In this document: positions 10,225 to 19,060 of the stretch, piece after piece
How the letters are laid out: each line of letters opens with the position of its first letter
Position numbering within the stretch: position 1 is the first letter of the stretch
The notes under the pieces: generated by a model
Database searches by the model: none
Seen by the model: only the letters and a program-made list of their open reading frames with translations
What the model was told of the DNA's origin: nothing
Program-made: the position numbers and the translations under genes
Assembly (NCBI GenBank): GCA_024275415.1
Contig: JAJRZD010000030.1
Location: 1-28,134 of the forward strand
Direction of reading: 5' to 3'
Source of the DNA: an archaeon
Lineage (GTDB): Archaea; Asgardarchaeota; Thorarchaeia; Thorarchaeales; Thorarchaeaceae
Length of the DNA: 28,134 nt

Positions 10225-11129
10225 TCACCCTAACGTTTCCAGCAACTCAACTATGTCCCAACGACCAAAACGGCGGGCATAGTCAAGTGCCGTCATCCCG
10301 TCATCGTCTTCAGCACCATCAATTCGAATAGTGTGGTCGGCACCGTGAGATAGAAGTGACTTCACGACTTCGATATGCCCATTTCCGGCTGAAAACATCA
10401 GAGCAGTCCCTGATACGAATGTCTTTGCGTTGACATCAGCACCCCTCTCAAGGAGGAGTTTCACGATTTCGAGGTGACCTCCCATGCTAGCCTCCATCAG
10501 TGCAGTCCAGTCAGCAGTATTCGTCTTGTGGAGGTCTGCCCCGTGATCGAGAAGGTGCTTGACGATCTCAAAGTGTCCTCTAAGTGCGGCCCAAAGCAAT
10601 GGACGCATACCCCGGCCATCCATCACATCTGGGTCAGCACCCGCCTCGAGTGCTTTCACTACAGATGCCAAGTCGCCATTCTCTGCAGAAACCAGTAGCA
10701 CCTCGTTCACATCATCGGACGAGTCAACCGAAGGACGGACAATCTTCAACCGATAGTCGTATATCATCTTGTAAATCGCTTCATTGCTATGCACAGACAT
10801 CCGAGCTACATAGAGTACATCATCTATGACCCGCTCAGAGATATCAGATCCCATTTCAACTATGAAACGAACCACCTCCGTCTGTCCATCTCGTGCTGCA
10901 AGATGAAGTGGCGTCATATCAACAGAGTTCATCGCCATGATGTTAGCCCCATTCTTGAGGAGGAACTCGACTATCTCCAAAAACCCATTGCTGCACGCAA
11001 TATGCAGGGGTGTGTTCCGAAAGTTGTCATCCGGTACATTGATATCAGCCCCTTCCTCAAGAAGCTGTTTTACCTTTTCTAAATCACCTTTTCAGCAGAT
11101 TGAATGAGCTGCTTGTCAATATCGCGCAT
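10225..11129 (-). pseudogene. Ankyrin-repeat protein with a 1-nt deletion near its 5' end (frameshift at 11089-11092)
   Basis: ATG 11129 reads MRDIDKQLIQSAEK then hits a stop. Adding one A to the A4 run gives ...SAEKGDLEKVKQLLEEGADIN...TPLHIAC, continuous with ORF 10225..10980. The span is 905 nt, one short of 302 codons. Multiple TPLH/TALM ankyrin motifs. Confidence 0.85.
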
Positions 11130-11173
11130 TATGTACACCGAATTCGTATCATACATTATGGTGGGACTTATCA

Positions 11174-11671
11174 TTATTGGGTGTATAGGGAGCTGTGTGA
11201 AAAGTCCGACCAGCCATCATGAAATCGATGGGGGTAAGGATTGAGGTGTTGGAATTTCGACGTGCAATCATCCATGCTAATTTGCCAAGTTCTAAGTTCT
11301 CCTTTCACAGCGACTTGGCGCCCTAGGCTCTGGCGCATCAGTTCTGGGATATCACCTGTGAGAGTGACCCGGTTATCATACCCCAAGGAGTTGTTGAAGT
11401 AGGACATCGGATTAGATACCAGCAGGTAGTTCCCTGCGGCATGAATCAGATATCCAAGCAGGGTGATTGTCCTGCCAATATAATCGTCAGGACTCCGTGC
11501 GACATCAGCAATCCCCATTGGGATATCCGACTCAGAAACATACCCATCTGGGACGGGTTTATAGTACATGAAATAGTACAATGTTGCGGCGTTCGACACG
11601 ATTAGAATCAGAATCAACGCTCAAACGGCGGTGGACTTTCCGGCCTCGGCATTCTTTGATTTCTGAGGCAT
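11174..11671 (-). pseudogene. Membrane-anchored protein (OB-fold-like 'GRTITLLG...VAVKG'); natural start apparently ATG 11671, interrupted by in-frame TGA at 11621-11623
   Basis: GAGGAG SD, then ATG: MPQKSKNAEAGKSTAV*ALILILIVSNAATLYYF, in frame with ORF 11174..11617. The OB-fold guess is weak. Confidence 0.6.
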
Positions 11672-11838
11672 AGTATCTCCTCGGTTTGCATGCGTGCACA
11701 CGCGAAATACCAAATAGTGTTACACTCAAATAATCATATAAACATGCACCATCTGTCTGTATGAGTCGCATCCATGTGAGATACTGAACCTCAGTTTGAG
11801 TATCAGAAACCAATCAAGTTACGAATGATAGTAGAAAC

Positions 11839-12366
11839 CTAACCTTCTTCGTCGTAGAATACACTCGATACCAGACCAAGATATGGATCATCGTCCTGAA
11901 TTGCAGAGAGATTCCTTTGCTTGCATGTTTCAACTAGCCCACCGATGAAGTTTCTTGTCCTGTCCTTTGAGCTGATATCGAAGTCGTGAAGAAAGAACTT
12001 GACTTCATCGGAAGGTGTCTGGACGACGGGGACATCATTGAACTTTCCTGTGTGTCCATCAGTCTTTCTCCCATAGATGCGCTGGATGTATTCCCAGCGA
12101 TACACGTTCCGAATCAAAAATGCCTTGTATATCACACCTTCTTCTGTGAATTCAAGGTACCAACGGCCTTGGGGCAATACTCCAATCAACCACAGGTAGA
12201 AAACGCCAAGCAGTACAAGCATCAGACCAAGAATAATGTCTTGGGCGACGGGGAATCTGAGTCCCACAAACATTGATACAACAAAAGCGACCACAAGAAG
12301 TGGCAAGCATGTGAGCATGTTATACCATGCATTACCTTCAGCTCGCTGAAGTCGCATTATTTCCAT
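11839..12366 (-). CDS. Hypothetical membrane protein (2 TMs plus a PH-like cytoplasmic domain); start probably ATG 12366
   Basis: Two hydrophobic helices followed by a LEFTEEGVIYK...YRWEYIQRI pattern reminiscent of bPH domains. Confidence 0.65.
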   Translation of the reverse strand: MEIMRLQRAEGNAWYNMLTCLPLLVVAFVVSMFVGLRFPVAQDIILGLMLVLLGVFYLWLIGVLPQGRWYLEFTEEGVIYKAFLIRNVYRWEYIQRIYGRKTDGHTGKFNDVPVVQTPSDEVKFFLHDFDISSKDRTRNFIGGLVETCKQRNLSAIQDDDPYLGLVSSVFYDEEG

Positions 12367-12500
12367 GCTGACACATATAACACGGACACTATTACTTATT
12401 TTATAAAACAAAATTTAGAGATTCTGCGTTGTCCATACAAGAATGCTGACCAAAAGAAAACAGGAGACCCTGTGTACCAAAACAGGGTCTCAATCATTGT

Positions 12501-13814
12501 TCAGATTAAATCATCAAGCAGTTCGAGGAGTTCGACCACCTTCATCTTCGAACCGAGATGGGACAGATCCTTTCCGGTTTCCTTTTCCTCTTCCTTGAGG
12601 GACTTTATAGCGTCGGTGAAGTTTGTGACACAGAACGGACAACTGGTCATAATGACATCAGCCCCTGTCGAGGCAGCCTCTTTCATCCGTTCCTTTGCCG
12701 TCGAAAGTGCCATGTCACTGAACTGAGCTTTTACACCACCACCAGCACCGCAGCAAAAGCTGTCGCCCTTGATGCGATACATCTCATGGAGTTCCAATCC
12801 GGGGATTGCATCGAGTACCACGCGAGGTATCTCGTAATGGGCTTCCTTTGCCTTCTCTGCTTTCCGACTATCAAGGAGCCAGTTGTTGTACTCCTTTAGT
12901 ATTCGCTTCTCAATAGCGATACCGATGTGGCGGATGGAATGACAGGGGTCGTGCCATGTCACCTTCTCATTGTACGGCTTCTCAATCTTGACTTTGCCTT
13001 CGCCAATGAGGTCGTAAACGTACTCGACAGCGTGACGGGTCTTGAATGAGAGCTCCTTGCCACTCTGCTCTGTGTAGTCGTTCGTGAAGGTCTTATAGCA
13101 TCCTGCGCAAGAAAACAGTACGAGGTCAAAGTCCTTGAACAATTCAAGGTTCTCTTCCATCACTGTGTTGAATGTCTTACGCAGCCCTGTCCTCAGCAGG
13201 GGACTGCCACAGCAGACCTCATCAGAAAGGACAGTGAAATCGACACCGAGCTTCTTCAGTATGCTAGCGGTATGCTCCGCAATCTGTTGTTGGCGATATG
13301 ATGCAGTACACCCGACAAAATAAGCCACCTTGGCATCCTTGTTGTCCACAATACCGTCAAACCATTTCGTGCGTTCAGAACGTGGCTCTGCGTAGGGATT
13401 ACGCATCTCCTCGTTGCCCACACGATCTCCAAAGCCCTTGTGCTTGTCAAGGGGTTCAACTCCTGCGTCGATGATCGCAGCACGCAGAGCCTCCGTCACA
13501 GAAACCGTGTCGATATAGTTCGGACACTGGGTTTCGCACATCCCACATGTGGTACATGCCTCTGCGACTTCAAGGAACTCCTTGCTCGCTGGCAGCTCGC
13601 CATTAAGGAACGCGCGTGCCATCCATTGCTTCCCAGAGTTGAAGTAGCCTTCCCACCCGAAGTAGATGCCAGCAGGACAACCCTGCAACATGCCAGTGTA
13701 CTCCTCGGTTTCTCCCTCTCGGTCAGGTTCGCCAGAATACGCATACTGACAGGCACGGCAATGGATACAACGAGCGTTGATCTTTCGCAGGTCTTCAAGA
13801 CTTGTCATAATCAA
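12501..13814 (-). CDS. Fe-S oxidoreductase, GlpC/GlcF/HdrD-like (two 4Fe-4S motifs plus two CCG domains)
   Basis: CIHCRAC...CP, CTTCGMCETQCP, YFVGC, EVCCGSP, TWHDPCH, FCCGAGGG, TSCPFC. Confidence 0.92.
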   Translation of the reverse strand: MIMTSLEDLRKINARCIHCRACQYAYSGEPDREGETEEYTGMLQGCPAGIYFGWEGYFNSGKQWMARAFLNGELPASKEFLEVAEACTTCGMCETQCPNYIDTVSVTEALRAAIIDAGVEPLDKHKGFGDRVGNEEMRNPYAEPRSERTKWFDGIVDNKDAKVAYFVGCTASYRQQQIAEHTASILKKLGVDFTVLSDEVCCGSPLLRTGLRKTFNTVMEENLELFKDFDLVLFSCAGCYKTFTNDYTEQSGKELSFKTRHAVEYVYDLIGEGKVKIEKPYNEKVTWHDPCHSIRHIGIAIEKRILKEYNNWLLDSRKAEKAKEAHYEIPRVVLDAIPGLELHEMYRIKGDSFCCGAGGGVKAQFSDMALSTAKERMKEAASTGADVIMTSCPFCVTNFTDAIKSLKEEEKETGKDLSHLGSKMKVVELLELLDDLI

Positions 13815-13879
13815 TCTTTCCTCCGTGTAATTTATTCGCTATTTAATATTCCGTTTCGTAACTCAAATCGTAACTATGG

Positions 13880-15400
13880 TTACTCGTTGAGGGGGTTCGG
13901 AAGGTCCGTGACGCTTTCCCATGGGATGGCGAGACGACCTGGGTGCAGTATCAGATTCGGGTCTAGTACCTTGCGGAACTTGACCAGCATCTTGTAGTAC
14001 TCTTTGGTCTTGCTGAAGGTTTCCGGAGCATGGACGAAGGGATCGGGACGATAGTTGACCCAGCCCTTCTTCAAGAAGCTCCTAGTGGTCTCAAGGTTGA
14101 ACTCTCGGATCTTGTCAAAGATGCCTGGCTCTGTACTGTCGAAACAGAGAATGGGCATGACAATAGCCTGACGTGCGTGGTCGATAGAAGCGACCCACAT
14201 GGTCGGCGGAAAGCCGTAGTTCTCCATTGCGGCACAGTATTCCTCCATCATGGCGCTAGATTCGAGCCATGGTGTGTACCATGTGATGAATAAGAATCCA
14301 GCCTGCCAGAGCGAGTAAGGAATGGCAATCTTGTTGGGCTTCTTCAGGCGAGATGCGATCTGCTTTGGATGCAGGGACTGCTGTGGGAGGGTTCGCTTCT
14401 CGCGTACCTCATAGTCCTTGTAGATCTTGTCGATGCCCTTGAGAGTTTCGTCAAGCTCCTCTTTGGACCATGCCCAACACTCGTAGTTCATCCATTTCTT
14501 GTCAATGCCTATCTTCTTGTAGAACTCGTAGTCAATAGGCACGTTCTCCTTTGGCCACCGAGTCATGACGAGCTCATAGTTGCCACCTTGAACCATGACC
14601 GTCCTCTCTGCGATTCCAAGCTCGTGCTTGGATATCTCCCATGCAGGACGAACGATATCATCCCAAGTTTCACCGCCGTATGCAACTACGGTCTTGTAGT
14701 GCGGATGTGGCACGATCTTGATGGCGCATTTGGTGATGATGCCCATCGAGCCTTGAGAGCCAAGGAACAGACCATCTGGGTTAGGACCGACGCCCCATCG
14801 ATAGAACGCCTTTGCGTCATCGAGTGCCCAAGAACCAGTCCTGAAGGTCTCGCCTGTGGGGAGTACGACTTCAAGACCCATGATCATGTCAGCCTGCGGG
14901 CCGTACACGCCCGTCACGAGGGAGAAACCCCGTTCGATGGCATCACCTAGAACAGTCGCAGCAGGTGGTGCACCATCAGGGATGGGAGGTGCCCATTCAG
15001 GGTACTTGGTCTTGAATATACGCCAAGCATCGCCTGACTTTACACCAGGTTCCACGACCATGACGCGGTTCTCAGTGTCCACAGTCAACTTGTTCATGCG
15101 GGTCATGTCCATGTATATTCCGCCGGGTTCAATTGCCGGGAGCGCAAAGCCTCCGCTGAGGCCTCCAGCCGCAGGAGTCACAGGGATGAGATACTCGTTC
15201 GCCAGCACGAGGATCTTGGAGACCTCCTCAGCATTGGCAGGCCTCACAATACACTCGGGGAGAACAGCCTCAAGACCCATGATTCCCTTGGCCATGTAGC
15301 TGTGACGAAGTGGTTCGCTCGTGGTGACGTACTGATCACCACAAATAGCTGCAAGCTTGGCGACGACCTCGTCCGTGACTTTGTTGTACATCTGGGTCAA
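13880..15400 (-). CDS. FAD-binding oxidoreductase, VAO/PCMH superfamily
   Basis: TTG start with GGAGG SD. PCMH-type FAD-binding domain (IVRPANAEEV...MDMTRMN...VVEPGV; GLEVVLPTGE; GSQGSMGIITK) and C-terminal LDPNLILHPG. Confidence 0.9.
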   Translation of the reverse strand: MTQMYNKVTDEVVAKLAAICGDQYVTTSEPLRHSYMAKGIMGLEAVLPECIVRPANAEEVSKILVLANEYLIPVTPAAGGLSGGFALPAIEPGGIYMDMTRMNKLTVDTENRVMVVEPGVKSGDAWRIFKTKYPEWAPPIPDGAPPAATVLGDAIERGFSLVTGVYGPQADMIMGLEVVLPTGETFRTGSWALDDAKAFYRWGVGPNPDGLFLGSQGSMGIITKCAIKIVPHPHYKTVVAYGGETWDDIVRPAWEISKHELGIAERTVMVQGGNYELVMTRWPKENVPIDYEFYKKIGIDKKWMNYECWAWSKEELDETLKGIDKIYKDYEVREKRTLPQQSLHPKQIASRLKKPNKIAIPYSLWQAGFLFITWYTPWLESSAMMEEYCAAMENYGFPPTMWVASIDHARQAIVMPILCFDSTEPGIFDKIREFNLETTRSFLKKGWVNYRPDPFVHAPETFSKTKEYYKMLVKFRKVLDPNLILHPGRLAIPWESVTDLPNPLNE

Positions 15401-15654
15401 TTGTTAATCCTCCGTTTCCGACCCGTAGGGCCGAATCGTGAATTGTCGATAGTACTTCGTCGCAAGAAGATACCTCAATAAATAGGCATCGCATCATATC
15501 CCTGAAACTCCGCGCGTGGTCGAAATATTCTACAAAAGGACTATTTTGACAAGCACAGAGGCCACCGACAGCTGCACAAACCTGAACATTCCATCCTCCA
15601 ATCATAATGCTTGATAAAGTAGATTCAAAAATCACGCCAATATTGTGAACAATC

Positions 15655-16569
15655 CTACAGTCCAAGTTTTTTATTTAGTTTTCTAATCAATTCTTTTAGA
15701 TCCTCAATCTGTTCTGAGTCTAGTTGTCCGGTATCGATCAATTCCGTAATCATTTCAATTGTCGTGCCAATTCCAGCCTCTTCGAGCACCGCCTTTACTC
15801 CAACTTCCTCGATGACTGCCTTTACTCCAACTTCCTCGATTACCGCTTTCAATCCAACTTCCTTGATGACCGCCTGTATCCCAAAGTCCGAAATTAGCTC
15901 TTTTAGCGTCGCAACCTCGGTCACATCGATTCCCTTCATTCTCAATATTCTTTGTATGTGCTTTCGCTGAATTTTATATAGCATATAACCATATAATCTC
16001 TTAGCATCGGAGTTCGCCTGAATCATCTCAAATACTCTTTCAATGTCCTGCTCTCTAAAGATAAGAAATGGCAGGTTGTCAGTACTTAATTCAAGCTGAT
16101 TGACATTGATGAACACAAGTTGAAATCCGTCTTGTTCAGGCCCCAGCGAGTACCTCGTCACACCGGGGATGATTTCGGTAGTAAGGGAGTCAATCAGTCT
16201 TTGAATCTTGTGAGATGTTACGACATATATCATTACTGCTGCAATACCCGATTCGAAGAAAGCAATCTTCTTCTCCATAGCAAAGAGACCACAATAGCTT
16301 ATGAGTCGCCAAATATGTTGCTCCTGAAGATACTCAGTAGGCCCCTTGAACTCGTGGACTATAACTGGAGGAAGCTGATTGATAAGCCACGCCAATAGCC
16401 CAAGGTCTGATGAAAGCGGACAAACACGTTCGGTTATCATATCAACACGAAGCGGGAACTTTGCAACCTCTGAACCTGTGATAGTCCGTACACATTTCTG
16501 TGAGAGAATATATTCCATGATTCCCTTGAATGCTGCATCATGTTGGTCTTGTGCTCCCAAATCAAACAC
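15655..16569 (-). CDS. Rpn/YhgA-like PD-(D/E)XK nuclease with a repetitive C-terminal domain
   Basis: N-terminal HDAAFK, LRVD, and VHEFKG (E-x-K) motifs; C-terminal 9-aa repeats; sequence is visibly AT-richer than the upstream genes. Confidence 0.7.
   Translation of the reverse strand: MFDLGAQDQHDAAFKGIMEYILSQKCVRTITGSEVAKFPLRVDMITERVCPLSSDLGLLAWLINQLPPVIVHEFKGPTEYLQEQHIWRLISYCGLFAMEKKIAFFESGIAAVMIYVVTSHKIQRLIDSLTTEIIPGVTRYSLGPEQDGFQLVFINVNQLELSTDNLPFLIFREQDIERVFEMIQANSDAKRLYGYMLYKIQRKHIQRILRMKGIDVTEVATLKELISDFGIQAVIKEVGLKAVIEEVGVKAVIEEVGVKAVLEEAGIGTTIEMITELIDTGQLDSEQIEDLKELIRKLNKKLGL
15769..15876 (-). repeat. Four in-frame 27-nt tandem repeats (QAVIKEVGL/KAVIEEVGV/KAVIEEVGV/KAVLEEAGI)
   Basis: Directly visible 27-nt period; 108 nt in total. 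Confidence 0.9.
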
Positions 16570-16665
16570 CTGAAAGCTTCTTTTACATAATAATGACGAT
16601 CTGATAAGGTCAGAGTATCTGGTTATAATTGAATGGGGTGAAAACTACTTCAATTCATCCATAAA

Positions 16666-18136
16666 CTTTCAATCTTCTTTCTTGAAGCTTAATCATTCCG
16701 GCGTGCCTAGTGTAGATCCAAGCAGGGATACTGCCTCAATCTTTCAATCTTCTTTCTTGAAGCTTAATCATTCCGGCGTCATTATACTTGTGTTGCTGGC
16801 TATGTGGATTGACAACACTTTCAATCTTCTTTCTTGAAGCTTAATCATTCCGGCGTTCGAGCGGTTCAGGTCTTTCATACTCGAGTTCGTCACTTTCAAT
16901 CTTCTTTCTTGAAGCTTAATCATTCCGGCTTGGATCTCCATCCTTACACCAGTCGGGTTGTCGAAGACTTTCAATCTTCTTTCTTGAAGCTTAATCATTC
17001 CGGCCTCAAGCGGACTTACTCCCACAGGACATGGCTACTGGACTTTCAATCTTCTTTCTTGAAGCTTAATCATTCCGGCCTTACGCTCGTAATTAACAAG
17101 TTGAGTCTGTGGAAAACACTTTCAATCTTCTTTCTTGAAGCTTAATCATTCCGGCTACTACTCGCCCAGTCACTGTCCCTCGCGATGGAATTCTCCTTTC
17201 AATCTTCTTTCTTGAAGCTTAATCATTCCGGCCATGTTCTGCTCGATGAAATAGAACCACTCCCGCTGGCTTTCAATCTTCTTTCTTGAAGCTTAATCAT
17301 TCCGGCGAAAATCAGTGCTAATCTGACCGGTCACGTCGCCTGAAGCCTTTCAATCTTCTTTCTTGAAGCTTAATCATTCCGGCCGCAACAGGATGTTCCT
17401 CCTGAGCGCTGAGGCGTCAGCCTTTCAATCTTCTTTCTTGAAGCTTAATCATTCCGGCTTTTGAAGGCTTAGTCGGTAATGATTTCCATGTCACGGCTTT
17501 CAATCTTCTTTCTTGAAGCTTAATCATTCCGGCACAGGAGATTAGTGATCACTCGCCCCACGGCCTCGACCCTTTCAATCTTCTTTCTTGAAGCTTAATC
17601 ATTCCGGCGATGTTGTTCTTGAAGTTACTCTCGACCCAATAGCGGTACTTTCAATCTTCTTTCTTGAAGCTTAATCATTCCGGCGAACATTAGACGAGCA
17701 CCTGCAAGTTGCTAGTAGTGAGTCCTTTCAATCTTCTTTCTTGAAGCTTAATCATTCCGGCAGTTACTCGCTTGAGAAGGCAATATACCAGATGGGCGTC
17801 TTTCAATCTTCTTTCTTGAAGCTTAATCATTCCGGCTAGGATCACTGACATAGTTCACTATTCCCAGCCCGTTGACTTTCAATCTTCTTTCTTGAAGCTT
17901 AATCATTCCGGCATCAGCGACTTCGACAAGTTCCTTGAGGAAGAACTGACTTTCAATCTTCTTTCTTGAAGCTTAATCATTCCGGCGCGGTGGGAATCCT
18001 GCATCAATTCAGATAGTACAAACCTTTCAATCTTCTTTCTTGAAGCTTAATCATTCCGGCATGTGTCTGTGTAACGACTGGTTCTTTTACGCTTTGACTC
18101 TTTCAATCTTCTTTCTTGAAGCTTAATCATTCCGGC
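16666..18136 (-). CRISPR. CRISPR array: 20 identical 37-nt repeats, 19 spacers of 37-40 nt
   Basis: Plus-strand repeat CTTTCAATCTTCTTTCTTGAAGCTTAATCATTCCGGC starts at 16666, 16741, 16818 ... 18024, 18100. On the minus strand it reads GCCGGAATGATTAAGCTTCAAGAAAGAAGATTGAAAG: a CTTC/GAAG stem followed by the canonical 8-nt ATTGAAAG handle, which gives the orientation. Confidence 0.99.
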
Positions 18137-18300
18137 CGCGTCAAAATAGTGGTTTTAAGATATAATACTTTACCTGTGAGAGGCGAAAGGCGAAAACTGT
18201 CGATTTTCATTTTTTTGGAGAGTAGTATATATAGGAAATCGCAAACGGAACGGAAAGATGGTGGCGTGAAATGGTCTAAAAGTACTTTCTTTGTCCTCTA
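18137..18300 (-). promoter_or_regulatory. Putative CRISPR leader/promoter
   Basis: Long AT-rich non-coding flank on the 5' side of the array (minus strand) with TATA-like CTATATATA (~18226-18234) and TATTATA (~18157-18163). The boundary is approximate. Confidence 0.7.
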
Positions 18301-18805
18301 ATGGCGTAAATCTCGATGGGGAACACCTTTTCGCTGAAGTTAACGGTCGAATGCATTGCTAATGTATAGAACCGTTTTGTGGCTGACCGGTTACTCGCAA
18401 TCAGTCATATGAGTTCTGGAATAAAACTTTTCGGCATTATCAAGGGAGGAGTGGCGGTCTACGTTTGATCGGACGAATGAAGAATTAATAGGAAATCGAC
18501 AGCCTTGCAAAGGGGTGGAAGCAGCACAATCATACGCTTCGTTGACGTAAGAAAGCAAGGGCGCGGATTGAGGTATCGTGATCAGCTAAAAGGAACGAGG
18601 TTCCAGTGATAGTCAGTGTAAGGATTCAAATTACCTCACAGGGAGTATTACGAACCAGCAGAGGATTTCATTGGTAGAGCAATAATCCGACCGGACAGCG
18701 ATGAGATGTCAAACATATCGCAGAATAGTGCCCAACAACAATCTTATATTAATACATGAGCTAATCATTATAGGAACGGGTCTGCGTTCCGTGGAGGAGT
18801 CCTAG

Positions 18806-19060
18806 TTGGAAATAAAGAAACGAGATGGCTCTCTCGAGGCGTTCATGCCTGAGAAGGTCGTTGTAAGCATTGTGAAGTCCGGTGCGCCTTACGAGGAAGC
18901 AAGAAGCATCGCAGAATCGCTATCCAAGCGTTCCGAGAGTACGATGGAAAGCTCCATGCTCAGAGATCATATTCATTCCGAGCTCAAGTCACGAGGGTTC
19001 ACCTCTGCTGTCGAGGAATGGAACAAGTACGAGCAATCGAAGCGTAGCAGCACATCATAG
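18806..19060 (+). CDS. Stand-alone ATP-cone domain protein (84 aa)
   Basis: IKKRDGSLEAFMPEKVVVSIVKSG ATP-cone signature. TTG start with GGAGG SD at 18793-18797 and TATA-like TTATATTA near 18743-18750. Confidence 0.85.
   Translation: MEIKKRDGSLEAFMPEKVVVSIVKSGAPYEEARSIAESLSKRSESTMESSMLRDHIHSELKSRGFTSAVEEWNKYEQSKRSSTS

Noticed and set aside
2351-11623. Stop-codon reassignment as an explanation for the interrupted genes
   Set aside because: The lesions are TAA, TGA and an indel, and both codons terminate many normal genes in the window.
13440-15299. Plus-strand ORFs of 100-193 aa
   Set aside because: Antisense shadows of the well-supported oxidoreductase genes.
15655-16569. Calling the Rpn-like gene a transposase or insertion sequence
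   Set aside because: No terminal inverted repeats, target-site duplication or DDE/HUH motifs were seen.
16640-16665. ACTTCAATTC left of the array as a possible degenerate terminal repeat
   Set aside because: It is too short and too close to the last repeat to fit the repeat-spacer period.
16768-17145. ORFs with repeating AGMIKLQERRLK / FQSSFLKLNHSG peptides
   Set aside because: They are translations of CRISPR repeats and spacers, not genes.
16703-18099. Self-targeting spacers
   Set aside because: No match to this window was seen by eye. The rest of the genome cannot be checked here.
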